Below are positions 39,203 through 50,985 of a DNA stretch of 64,000 nt, piece by piece (position 1 is the stretch's first letter; every line of letters begins with the position of its first letter). The stretch covers positions 1-64,000 of the forward strand of contig NW_021832563.1 of NCBI RefSeq assembly GCF_006345805.1, in the 5' to 3' direction. This stretch comes from Octopus sinensis (Eukaryota). The position numbers and the translations under genes are program-made. A model generated the notes under the pieces. That model searched no databases. It was not told the DNA's origin and saw nothing but the letters and a program-made list of their open reading frames with translations.

Positions 39203-39631
39203 CAAGGTGTTCAAAAAATCCCTGTAGTAGGTATTTTATTGCAAAATAAATATTTATAAGATGGTGTAAGACAACAAAAGAATATATTAGACTTTACAAG
39301 ACTTAAAAAAACAAAAAAACAACTTTATAAGAGGTGTTGTAAGTGTCGTCCTTCGTTTTCAATACGTAAGTTGACTCTTCTAGACATGTTTTGAAATACA
39401 TCTTGGAGACTCTGACGCGGTATGGACCGTGTAAAGGTTATGATCGCATATTTTAGCTCATTAATGGTTTTCGGGCGATTCTTGTACACTGAGCCTTTAC
39501 TTGCTTCCCAACCTAAAAAAATTAAAAAAGCTCTGTTGGTGTCAAAATCAGGTGTTCCTGGTGGCCAAAGTCCCTTCGAAATAATCCATTCACCGAGAAA
39601 TTCACTGCGAAGGGACTTTTTGAACACCCTG
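39203..39631 (-). mobile_element. Non-autonomous Tc1/mariner deletion derivative with TIRs
   Basis: TIRs CAAGGTGTTCAAAAAATCCCT / AGGGACTTTTTGAACACCCTG, TA flanks; keeps the transposase C-terminus (WPPGTPD...EGRHLQHLL). Confidence 0.88.
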
Positions 39632-40429
39632 TATTTCCTTTCTGTTGTTTATGGCTGGGCTGACCTCGGTTTGTTGATAAGGAGGTCGGACGTGATTCCA
39701 TGATTGCCCCTGTTGCGTTGGGTGGCCCTGATGGAAAGCTTAAAATCCTGGGTCTGGCACTTCTCTATATGTTTTATTTTAAAGTGTATTAAACACAAAC
39801 GAACAAAGTCCATATATATTAGCTTGAGTAAATTCCAGTCTTGCATAGATGGAAACTGTACGAAACATTGTGACATTCTGTAACGCGAATCTGGTTTGTA
39901 AATTACGTTAAGTGTGTATTCGAGCCTACGGAATATCCAGCCACTTATATTCACACGTTGAATTAAGGAGACGGACGATTAGCTGATGGAACAAGTGAAT
40001 GCTCTTCGTGGATAATGACGGAGGATCTATCATAGTTGGAAAAGAAATATAAACTGCATCTTGATGCTGGGAATAAGTTTGATGATGGATCTGTCGTATC
40101 AGGAATTACTTTGGAACAAACAACAACAACAACAGCAGCAAAAATAACAACAACAGCAATAACAGCAGCAGTAGCAGCAACAACAACAGCAAAAACAACA
40201 GCAGCAGCAGTATCAACGAGAACAAAAACAACAGACAACAACAACAACAAGAGCAGCAGCAGCAACGGCAGCAGCAGCAGCAATTGTGTTTTGCAGAATT
40301 GGAGCAATGGATAAAATGGTTGAAATAATGTCCTTTTAATTTCTCTGGTTCTGAGTTCAAATTCTTCTTCAAAAGATTTGACGAAATAAAACTCCCTGTC
40401 GTTACCAAGACAAATAATCGCCAACACTA

Positions 40430-42700
40430 TTCCATCGTCTCCGCCACTGCCAAAATCATCACCACCACACTTATTACAACCACCGCAAATATACCATCGT
40501 CACTAACTACCACCACAACAACAAAAACCACCGCCACCCTCACCAATATTACATCACCTCATCACCATCACCATTATCACTATCACCATCATCATCATCA
40601 TTTCCGCTATAGCAATCCCCACAACCACGACCACTATTACCATGTTTCCACAACGATGACGGCCACCACCACCACCACCACCACTACCGCCACTGTTGCC
40701 GCCCCGCCACCTATATGACAAGCACTACCATATTCCTACGACGATGACGACGACGACTACTACTACACGTCACCACCACCACCACCACCACCACCACCAC
40801 CACCACATCTACCACTATTATCATCATCATCACCACAACCATTTTCACTGCCGCCACAACCACCACCACCACCAACACAATTAGCATCACCATCACCACC
40901 ACCACCACCACCACCACCATTACCACCACCACCACCACCACCATCACCATCACCACCACCACCACTACCACCACCACCATAACCATAACCATAACCACCA
41001 CCACCACCACCACTACCACCACCACCACTACCATCCCCATCACGATCATCACCACCACCACCAACACATTTACCACTATTATCATCATCATCATCACCAC
41101 CACAACCATTTTCACTGCCACCACCACCACCACTGCACCCCTCACCCATACCATCACCAACCACTTTTGTACAGCTCCATTGTTAATCCAACCTAATTAA
41201 ACAATACATAATTAAAAATGAATTAAAACGCCGTTTGAAATGAATCCGAAATATTGATTGTACGTGAACTTGGAGGAGTTGAAACAATAGTCACTGATTA
41301 ACACTGTATAGGAGGTAGTATCCTAGTGGTGGCGGTGGGGGGGAAATGACAGTAGTGGTGGTGGTAACGATGATAGTGTCAGTGCTGGTTGTGGTGGTAG
41401 TATTAGCGATGTGTGATTGCGGTGGAGTCGGTAAAGGTGAAGGTGGTGGCGATGAAGATGGCTGTGATGGTAGTTGAGGTGGTGTGGTGATTGTGGTAGG
41501 GGTGGCAATACTGGTTTCGGTGGCATTATTAGCGGTAGTGTTGGTAAAGGTGATGGTGAAGGTAGTTGAGGTACGGAGGTGAAGGTGGTAGTGGTAGTGT
41601 TGCTGGTGGTGGTGGTGATAGTGGTAGTAGTACTGGTTGTGGCAGTAGTATTAGCGGTGGTGGTAGTTGAGTTATGGAGGTGATGGTGGTACTGGTAGTG
41701 TTGTGGTGGTAGTACTAGCGGTGGTGCTGGTAAAGGTGATGGTGGTGATGATGACGGTTGAGGTGGTAGTGGAGGCATGGAAGTGATAGAAGTAGTGGTG
41801 GTTGTGGTGAGGGTGGTTGCAGTGGTAAAGGTGTTGTTAGTGGTGGTGGTGGTAGTAGTAGTGGTCATAGTATTGGTATAGTAATGACAGTGTAGTATAG
41901 GCTGTAGATCTCTAGTAGTACTGTTCTAGTGGCGATAGTATTATAGTAGCGGCGGTAGTGCCATAGTGGTAGAGATGATGGCAGTGTTCATATTTTGGAG
42001 TTGGTTGTGGTGGTAGTGGTGGTAATATTGACAATGTCTGTAATGGTTGTAGTGGTGATGATGATGTTAGTGGTGGCAGAGTGGTAGTGGCGGTGTTAGT
42101 AGTGGTAACAGAGAATGTAAAAGCTTATGTTGGTAATGGTTGTGGTAGTGATGGTTTTGGTGGTAGTACAGTTGTGTAGCTATTGTTGTAGCATAGGAGT
42201 GGTATAAAACAGAGGAAGGGCAGTGTTTGTAGTAGAGATGTTTGTGGTGGTAGTGGAAGTGGTGTTTGTAGTGGTAGTGTTGGTGGTAGTAGAAGTGGTA
42301 GTGGTAACGGTGGTTGTAGTTCTGATGGGGATAGTAAAGGCGTTAGTAGCATTGGTAGTGGTGATGGTTGTTGTGGTAGAGGTTGTAGTAGTATTGGTGG
42401 TGGTTGTGGTGGTAGTGGTGATGTTTGTAGTGGCGGTTGTAGGAGTGGTAGTGGTGTAATAGTTGCAGTGGTTGTAGTAGTTGTGTAAGTGGTGGTAGAA
42501 TTTGTTACAATAGCGGTTGTAGTGTTGTAGCAGCTGTGCTTACGACAAAATGTTATTATGTTGGCTATGGTGGTAATGGCATAGTTGTATGGGCAGTAGT
42601 AGAAGTGGTGATGGTATCGGCACTGTTATGGCGATAGCTGCAGTTTGAGTGGAATGCAGTTTTTAGAGTTTATTGTATAGGATGTAGTTTTAGTGGTAAT
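40430..42700. repeat. (ACC)n-rich tract, unique island, then (GGT)n-rich tract
   Basis: Directly visible strand switch around 41160-41320. Confidence 0.9.
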
Positions 42701-42956
42701 AATTGAAATCGTTATTGTGGTTTAACCCCAGATCAGAGGGCACTCCAGCCGTGACCTTCTTGCCTGAGTTTTTGATACGCAATCTTTTCTTTATATGACG
42801 GGTGGGAATTCTATGAACGGGGGGGGGGAGGTTGTTTGGTCGTTGTTTCTAGCGGCTCAATCGACCCTCTGTCAAGTAGCTTCGCCATGGTACCTTGTGT
42901 TGGCGTTGTTGAGGTTGTGGTGATGGTGATGATGATGATGATGATGATGATGATGA

Positions 42957-43027
<71 letters not shown>

Positions 43028-43073
43028 GGCGGCGACGATGACAATGATTTCGAAACAAACATATAAAAGAGAA

Positions 43074-43116
<43 letters not shown>

Positions 43117-43338
43117 GAGAAAGAGAGGGAGAAAAGAAATGAGTATAAGATACAAAAAAATAAAAAGTAAAGTTTGAGCATTAAAAACGAAAAATGTCAG
43201 TCACGTGGTTTTCTCAAGAAATCGTAACTAGAACATCATCAACAACAACAACAGCAACAACAACGGCAAACATTGAAATAAGTTGTCAATTCTTCGAAGG
43301 GTATATCTCTATTCCATTTATATATATATATATATATA

Positions 43339-43632
43339 TCACGTGACCGACCAGACCATCAGATGTTGTTACACATCGCTGGTCACAATGCGTTCGCATT
43401 GTTTTAGCCTTCGAAAGACGCCACCCCGCTGGCTAAGCGAGCAGGCCAACAGAAGAAAGAGTGGGAGAAAGAGTGGTAAAAGAGTACAGCAGGGTTCGCC
43501 CCCCTGCCGGAGCCTCGTGGGGCTTTTAGGTGTTTTTGCTCAATAAACACTCACAACGCCCGGTCTGGGAATCGAAACCGCGATCTTACGACCGCGAGTC
43601 CGCTGCCCTAACCACTGGGCCATTGCGCCTCC
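43339..43632 (-). mobile_element. tRNA-derived SINE family A, complete
   Basis: GGAGGCGCAATGGCCCAGTGGTTAGGGC...GGTTTCGATTCCC on the minus strand (boxes A and B). Confidence 0.9.
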
Positions 43633-43647
43633 ATATATGTATATTTT

Positions 43648-44043
43648 TTTGTACTTGTTTCAGTCATTTGACTGCGGCCATGCTGGAGCACCGCCTTTGT
43701 CGAGCAAATCGACCCCGGGACTTATCTTTGTAAGCCCAGTAGTTATTCTATCGGTCTCTTTGCCGAACCGCTAAGTGCCGGGAACGTAACACAAACCACC
43801 ATCGGTTGTCAAACGATGCTAGGGGGACAACACGAGATCCACAACACGCACACAATATATATATATACATATATAGGAACGGGCTCTTTTCAGTTTCCGT
43901 CTACCAAAATCCACTCACAAGGCATTGGTCGGCCCGGGGCTATAGCAGAAGACACTTGCCCAAGATGGCACGCAGTGGGACTGAACCCGGAACCATGTGG
44001 TTAGTTAGCAAGCTACTTACCACACAACCACTCCTCTGCGCCT
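43648..44043 (-). mobile_element. SINE family B
   Basis: Reverse complement of 27157-27563. Confidence 0.9.
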
Positions 44044-44080
<37 letters not shown>

Positions 44081-44150
44081 ACATATATACATATCTACAC
44101 ACCCAATTTAATACAACAACTGCATTGTGACGTCTAAACCAGTGAATGTA

Positions 44151-44364
44151 TTGGGTTGTCCGAAAAGTTGGTGCCGATTTTTACAGGAAAGAAAAAGGTC
44201 AATAAATACTTGCCATTACATTTTTAATCAACCAAATATGAACCATTTTGTTGCACAACCTTTCCTTTAACTTGAAATACCCTCCTCCCAGAACTGAGGT
44301 GCCTCGGAGGGTAAGTCGAAAGGTAAACTACTATAAATCGGCACGAACTTTCCGGACTACCTAA
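44151..44364. mobile_element. mariner-derived MITE
   Basis: TIRs TTGGGTTGTCCGAAAAGTTGGTGCCGATTT / AAATCGGCACGAACTTTCCGGACTACCTAA with TA on both sides. Confidence 0.85.
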
Positions 44365-44399
44365 TACAAATAGATAGAGGTATACGTATACACACGCCC

Positions 44400-45070
44400 G
44401 CATGCACGTTGACAGTTGCTGTATTGGATCCATTTCTCATCATATGTTAGAATTCGATTCAAAAATGATTAATTTTTGTGACGAGAAAGTAGCATAATGC
44501 AGGCTTCCAAACGTTGCTGTTTCTGATTTTCATTGAGTTCATGTGGAACCCACTTATCCAACCTTTTTCCTTTACCGATTTAAACTAGGTAAGTCAATAT
44601 TGTTTGCTTGTTAACACCAAACAACTTGAGATGGATCTGACTCGACAGTAGCTTTCAGTTTGTCATTATCCACCTTCGTTTCTGGTCGACCGTGTTGCTC
44701 ATTTGTGAGGTCAAAGTTACCAGAACGAAATTTTGCGAACCAATTTGGTACTGCCTGCTGTGTAATAACATTGGAATGAAATACTCCATTGACATTCCGA
44801 ACTGTTAGTGATGCTGTTTTTCCAAGAAAGAACACATATTTCAAAACTGTACGAATTTCCGACTTATCCATCTCTAAACAAAAATAGCAAACAAAAAGAA
44901 AACCGATTTATAAATACTTTATAAAGTGCAAACTGAGTTAGAACAAAGAAATAGATGTGTCAGCTTTCTAACAAAAAACAAAGATTGCCAAAATATAATA
45001 ATGGCGTAAAATGAGCAGCTGTCAAAATTTACCATATACCTTACTACAAATTTCATACTTGGCGACCTAA
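44400..45070 (-). mobile_element. mariner transposon relic (5' TIR, HTH, WVPHEL)
   Basis: ORF 44611..44871 is a Mos1-type HTH; KWVPHELNENQKQQRL and ILTYDEKWI at 44420-44560; TIR TTAGGTCGCCAAGTATGAAA ends at 45070. Confidence 0.88.
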
Positions 45071-45379
45071 TAATTATACGTATATACACATGTTTTAAAC
45101 GTGTATGTACCAGAATTTTTTAAAAAATGCTTATTAAATTCTGTAATTCTAGTGAAAACAAGGTTATGGGTGTATGCAACAACGACGATGTAGTTGGGCG
45201 AAAATTCGTGTTCGATAGGATCAAAGAACTTTAAAAATCTAATTAATTAATAAAGCAATCAATTACTATGTTAATCATTTAAATAATTCATTATAAAACT
45301 CAGGTGGCATGCAGCCAGCGCGTGTCTTTTATTGGCAGAAAGAGCTTCCCAAATCTCTCTCTCATTCCCTCTCCCTCCC

Positions 45380-45450
<71 letters not shown>

Positions 45451-45602
45451 GTCTGTCTATCTGTCTGTCTGTCTGTCTCTGTCTGTCTGTCTGTCTGTCG
45501 TTCTATCTGTGTATAACGTTAAAAGAACTAATACCAAAAAATACAATCGCTTTCGTTTATCCATTAATTTGTGTATGTATATCTATATAATTATATATGC
45601 AA

Positions 45603-45634
<32 letters not shown>

Positions 45635-45712
45635 AAGCATATATATATGTATATATATATATATATATATGTATGTATATATAAACATGTAAATATGCAT
45701 ACGTATATAAGC

Positions 45713-45745
<33 letters not shown>

Positions 45746-46168
45746 CATACGTGTGTGTGTATTTATACATATATATATATACAAATATTTGTATATATAT
45801 ATAAATATATGTATAAATAGACACACACACACGCACACATATTCATTTAATTGTCTCTTTATCTTCCAGCAAGGCGGTTACAGCGGTGTCGGTTGATTAG
45901 CGGTACGGGGCATAGGTGTAGCATAAAAAATGACTCGGTTACCAAGAGGTAGCTATACAATGATACCCTGGTTACGCAAACATTCATTGCCCTCTGACCC
46001 ATAATCCATAGCTAAATCTTCTTCTAAAACCGGACACCTGGAGAGAATTTAGCGGGGCTGAAAATCATTATCACCTGAACACACGCGTACCTGTGCAGCC
46101 TCGTACACATTGTTTTTCCTCGCGATCCTATTTAGGTTAATATCCCCAAAGCACACATGTTTATTTAT

Positions 46169-46247
<79 letters not shown>

Positions 46248-46389
46248 TGTGTATGTATTTATGTATGTATGTATGTATGTATGTATGTATGTATGTTACA
46301 TATACATACATATTTATATATTTTCTTTTATTCTTTCATTTGCTTCATTCTGTCAATTCTTCGAATGGTATATCTCTGTTCCATTTATA

Positions 46390-46800
46390 TACTCTTACTC
46401 TTTTACTGTTTTACTTGTTTCAGTCATTTGACTGCGACCATGCTGGAGCCCCGCGATTTCGTCGAATAAATCGCCCCCAGCACTTATTCTTTGTAAGCCT
46501 AGTACTAATTCTATCGTACCCTATTGCCGAACCACTTTGTTACTGGGACGTAAACACACCAACATCGGTTGTCAAGCAATGGTGGGCTAGAGAAACACAG
46601 ACATACAAATAGACACACATACACACACACACATATACGACGGGCTTCTTTCAGTTTCTGTCCATCAAATTCATTCACAAGTCTTTGGTTGGCTCTAGGC
46701 TATAGTAGAAAACACTTGCCTAATGTACCACGCAAGGGGACTGAACCCGGAACCATGTGGTTGGTAAGCAAACTTCATGCCACACAGCCACTCTTTCACC
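46390..46800 (-). mobile_element. SINE family B, degraded
   Basis: Reverse complement of family B body and head. Confidence 0.85.
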
Positions 46801-46853
46801 TTTATACGTACAAACATACATACATACATATATACATATATATTACATCATAC

Positions 46854-46907
<54 letters not shown>

Positions 46908-46908
46908 C

Positions 46909-46951
<43 letters not shown>

Positions 46952-46986
46952 ATATATATGTATATTATATATATATATATTATATA

Positions 46987-47025
<39 letters not shown>

Positions 47026-47063
47026 TATATAATATATACACCACATATATATTATACATATAG

Positions 47064-47112
47064 CAAAACTGTCTGATGAACGGCAACGAGAAACTCAGAG
47101 TAACAGATTTTG
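47064..47112 (+). ncRNA. Type I hammerhead ribozyme motif (Penelope-like remnant)
   Basis: Stem I CAAAACUGU/ACAG-A-UUUUG, CUGAUGA 47073-79, short stem II with a GCAA loop (10.1/11.1 is an A.A mismatch), GAAA 47090-93, quasi-palindromic stem III, GUA 47100-02. Confidence 0.75.
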
Positions 47113-47221
47113 TTGAATTTTCTGCTGCTTAAAATAAGCATATTACTCTACCACTGGTATTTGAGTACTCTTTTTTCACCTTGTTTCACATTTATGTGTT
47201 TACTCCACTCCGGTATATATA

Positions 47222-47309
<88 letters not shown>

Positions 47310-47592
47310 GTAGATATATCCTCTTAACTTTTGTTTCACTGCGGCGCAGCTGGAGTACGTCTTCTAAGGTTTTACTTGATAAAAAAGAACTCAGTTCTTT
47401 TTTTTAACTCTGATACTTGTTCTATCAATTTCCTACCCTAAAAAAACCGCTAAGTAGTTACGGTAATGAAAATTAAGCAATACCGTGTCTGAGGGTGTCG
47501 GCGACAAAAAAGCACAAAACAACCACGTGTATTTATAACATATGTATATATATATATATATGTAATACATATATATATACACACACACACAC

Positions 47593-47661
<69 letters not shown>

Positions 47662-47981
47662 AGCCCTAATTATATAATGTAAAATTTTGAATTCGCCTTA
47701 AACGGTCCTTTTACATACTGAACACTTGGTGAAATTGATTAATTAATTAATTTTACCCTCAATTGTTGATATTATAATTCATTTCTTCGGTCATACTGCC
47801 TCGGTTCTCGCGGTTAAAATATAATGTTTGCTAGATAGACCACGTGGGTGGAAGCGGATTGAAGAAATTTACGCCTGCGCATTTTGAATTTGTTGACACT
47901 GTTAGTCGGAGTGGTTCATCTGAAGCGATAACTTCGCTGATAGGTAAAGTTCCTTCTTTTTAGTGTTTCCAATCCAAATTA

Positions 47982-48056
47982 AGAAATTTTGAGCTGACGA
48001 TAGAAATGCTGATTTTATTTGGCTAATCTTGAAACGTTGACGTACTCAAACGATCT
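47982..48056 (+). ncRNA. Type I hammerhead ribozyme, unit 1
   Basis: Stem I UUUGAG/CUCAAA (+3x3 internal loop +AGA/UCU), CUGACGA 47994-48000, stem II 48001-30, GAAA 48031-34, stem III ACGU-UG-ACGU, predicted cleavage after GUA at 48044. Confidence 0.8.
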
Positions 48057-48544
48057 ATGTACTTGTGATATTTTTCTGTATTTACCTCCAAACCTTCGTG
48101 GGCTGTCTAGAGTAAACATTATCTGAGAGAAATTTTCTTTAAGTTGTAGAAATGCTAAGAAAATTTTTTTTGGCTGCTATTTCTACTAAGTTCAGTATGT
48201 GGCAAAGTAATTTATTTTACTAAGCCCTAATTATATAATGTAAAATTTTGAATTCGCCTTAAACGGTCCTTTTACATACTGAACACTTGGTGAAATTGAT
48301 TAATTAATTAATTTTACCCTCAATTGTTGATATTATAATTCATTTCTCTCGGTCATACTGCCTCGGTTCTCGCGGTTAAAATATAATGTTTGCTAGATAG
48401 ACCACGTGGGTGGAAGCGGATTGAAGAAATTTACGCCTGCGCATTTTGAATTTGTTGACACTGTTAGTCGGAGTGGTTCATCTGAAGCGATAACTTCGCT
48501 GATAGGTAAAGTTCCTTCTTTTTAGTGTTTCCAAATCCAAATTA

Positions 48545-48619
48545 AGAAATTTTGAGCTGACGATAGAAATGCTGATTTTATTTGGCTAATCTTGAAACGT
48601 TGACGTACTCAAACGATCT
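48545..48619 (+). ncRNA. Type I hammerhead ribozyme, unit 2
   Basis: Identical core; CUGACGA 48557-63, GAAA 48594-97, predicted cleavage after 48607. Confidence 0.8.
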
Positions 48620-49095
48620 ATGTACTTTGATATTTTTCTGTATTTACCCCCAAACCTTCGTGGGCTGTCTAGAGTAACATTCTGGAGAAATTTTCTTTAG
48701 TTGTAGAAATGCTAAGAAAATTTTTTTGGCTGCTATTCTACTAAGTTCAGTATGTGGCAAAGTAATTTATTTTACTAAGCCCTAATTATATAATGTAAAA
48801 TTTTGAATTCGCCTAAATGGTCCTTTTACATACTGAACACTTGGTGAAATTGATTAATTAATTAATTTTACCCTCAATTGTTGATATATAATTCATTTCT
48901 CTCGGTCATACTCCCTCGGTTCTCGCGGTTAAAATATAATGTGCTAGATAGACCACGTGGGTGGAAGCGGATTGAAGAAATTTACGCCTGCGCATTTTGA
49001 ATTTGTTGACACTGTTAGTCGGAGTGGTTCATCTGAAGCGATAACTTCGCTGATAGGTAAAGTTCCTTCTTTTTAGTGATTCCAAATCCAAATTA

Positions 49096-49170
49096 AGAAA
49101 TTTTGAGTTGACGATAGAAATGCTGATTTTATTTGGCTAATCTTGAAACGTTGACGTACTCAAACGATCT
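49096..49170 (+). ncRNA. Type I hammerhead ribozyme, unit 3 (C3U variant)
   Basis: UUGACGA 49108-14 instead of CUGACGA; GAAA 49145-48; GUA ends at 49158. Confidence 0.65.
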
Positions 49171-49401
49171 ATGTACTTGTGATATTTTTCTGTATTTACC
49201 TCCAAACCTTCGTGGCTGTCTAGAGTAAACATTATCTGAGAGAAATTTTCTTTAAGTTGTAGAAATGCTAAGAAAATTTTTTTGGCTGCTATTTCTACTA
49301 AGTTCAGTATGTGGCAAAGTAATTTATTTTACTAAGCCCTAATATATAATATATATATATATATAATATATATATATTATATATATATTATATATATATG
49401 A

Positions 49402-50420
49402 ACGAGAGGTGCTCATTAAATATTTCTTCTGACCCACGTCAACATATTGCAGGAAACGCTATTTGTGCAGGTACAATCATACATAAATTGCACTTTTCCA
49501 CTATTAATTCTTTGTCTTTTACGGCTGCTGAAGTGGACAAAAGTGCTATAATGGGGGCAATTGAATAGAGATCAGTGATCAGGCTCTTATACTTGAAAGG
49601 TCGTACGCCAAAGGAGACCTTCGATGAAATGAAAGAATTTTATGGTGACGATGCAGCATCATATGATGTAATCAAGCACCGGCATCACCAGTTCAAATGC
49701 GGTTGGATATCGGTGGAAACTACTCTTATTCCTGGACGACCACATTCCGCCATTGATGACAACAGCGTCCATAATGGGGAAGTCGTTATTATGGGAGATC
49801 ACCGCGTAACTCCTGGGCAACTAGAAATGAAGCTAAGTGTGGGGTCCGTGGAAAAATATCATTCTCGGTCATTTGTATATGCATGCTGATGTTGTCTGTA
49901 CGGTGGATTTCCTGGATGCTCATACCTTTTCAGAAGTAGGAACGAGTCAGTTGCGCCCAGGATCTTTTGACACATGTGCCAAGAAAAGGTCTTTTTCGTC
50001 AGACATATCACACAGGGTCCATCACTATGATCCTGAGACTAAACTCCAGTCGAAGCAATGGAAGCTTGATAACTAACCACAACCAAAAAAGGCTCATGCC
50101 CAACCCTCAGCAGGCAAGGTGATGCTCACAGTGTTTTGGGACCAGCGCGGAGTAGTGATGATGGATTTTCTGGCAAATGTACCACAATTAATAGGGAATA
50201 TTATGCTTCTCTGATGCAGAAATTGCAGGGCGCCATCAAAGCAGAGGTGCGGCATGCTGACCAAAGGAGTCAAACTCCTCCGAGACAACGGCCCAGTTCA
50301 CAATGCGCATCTTGCCCAGATGAAGGCATACTCCTGCAGCTATGAAATCCTTCCTCATCTCCTTACTCTCCCGACTTCGCACTATTTCCTCATCTCCTTA
50401 CTCTCCCGACTTCGCACTAT
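49402..50420 (+). mobile_element. mariner transposon relic
   Basis: IRLLYLKGRTPKETFDEM (HTH), VHHYDPETKLQSKQW, AGKVMLTVFWDQRG, LRDNGPVH, PYSPD; many frameshifts. Confidence 0.88.
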
Positions 50421-50599
50421 TCCTCACCTATATGGTGGCTGCCCCCTCGTTATCGAGTATGGCCATTGCACGAAGCTTAACCAATGTTGTTATCGTGCAA
50501 TGCCTGTGCAAGAAGATTTTTTTTTAAAGTGAGGAAAGGCTGTGCACTGAGTCAATCCCACTCACTAAGCAACAGCAGCCATAATCCGAAAAGAAGAAC

Positions 50600-50985
50600 A
50601 AATCAACATCATCGGTAACCGCTGAGCCGCAGGTTTTATGTCGGAGTTATCCCAGTTACCCGAGTTACCTTCTCCTAGAAGGATGCCCTAACAAAAGCTA
50701 GGAGTCCTTCACTTCCAATGGTTTAACCGCGCAATCGGGTATTCAGTCCGATTATTTCTATGTCCCCGCGCATGATATATCCTTAAGACATTTATTGGAT
50801 GGCCGTTGACTCTCAAGAGTCTCTCCGCCCTTTAACGGGTTTTGATTTTCATCCCGCAGGGTATCCAATAAACACCTTCCTCACCAAGCATGCTTGGTGG
50901 GGTTGCCGGTTTAGTCGCCGACGACCAGACCATGCAACAGGTTGTACTGGGTTACATGTTACCAGTAGCACTCGAAAGTGACCTG
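50600..50985 (-). mobile_element. Possible RTE-like 5' UTR fragment
   Basis: Minus-strand CTAGGAGAAGGTAACTC and GCGACTAAACCGGCAACCCC recall RTE 5' UTR blocks (from memory only). Confidence 0.35.

Larger units (their letters stand above)
47661..49343 (+). mobile_element. Tandem trimer of a ~560-bp non-coding unit with hammerhead ribozymes (retrozyme-like)
   Basis: Units start at 47661, 48222 and 48777 (561, 555, 557 bp), with terminal AAGCCCTAAT redundancy at 49334; inserted in (TA)n; no ORF in the supplied track. Confidence 0.85.

Noticed and set aside
39649-39954. 101-aa minus-strand ORF next to the CpG island
   Set aside because: No recognisable domain; cannot be supported as coding without expression data.
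43560-43632. tRNA genes at SINE heads (also 8460-8526, 27157-27230, 56000-56072)
   Set aside because: Boxes A and B are present but continue into SINE bodies with no closed cloverleaf.
47661-49343. CRISPR array or simple satellite interpretation of the tandem repeat
   Set aside because: There are no unique spacers and the context is eukaryotic; the embedded hammerhead fits a retrozyme better. An assembly artefact is not fully excluded.
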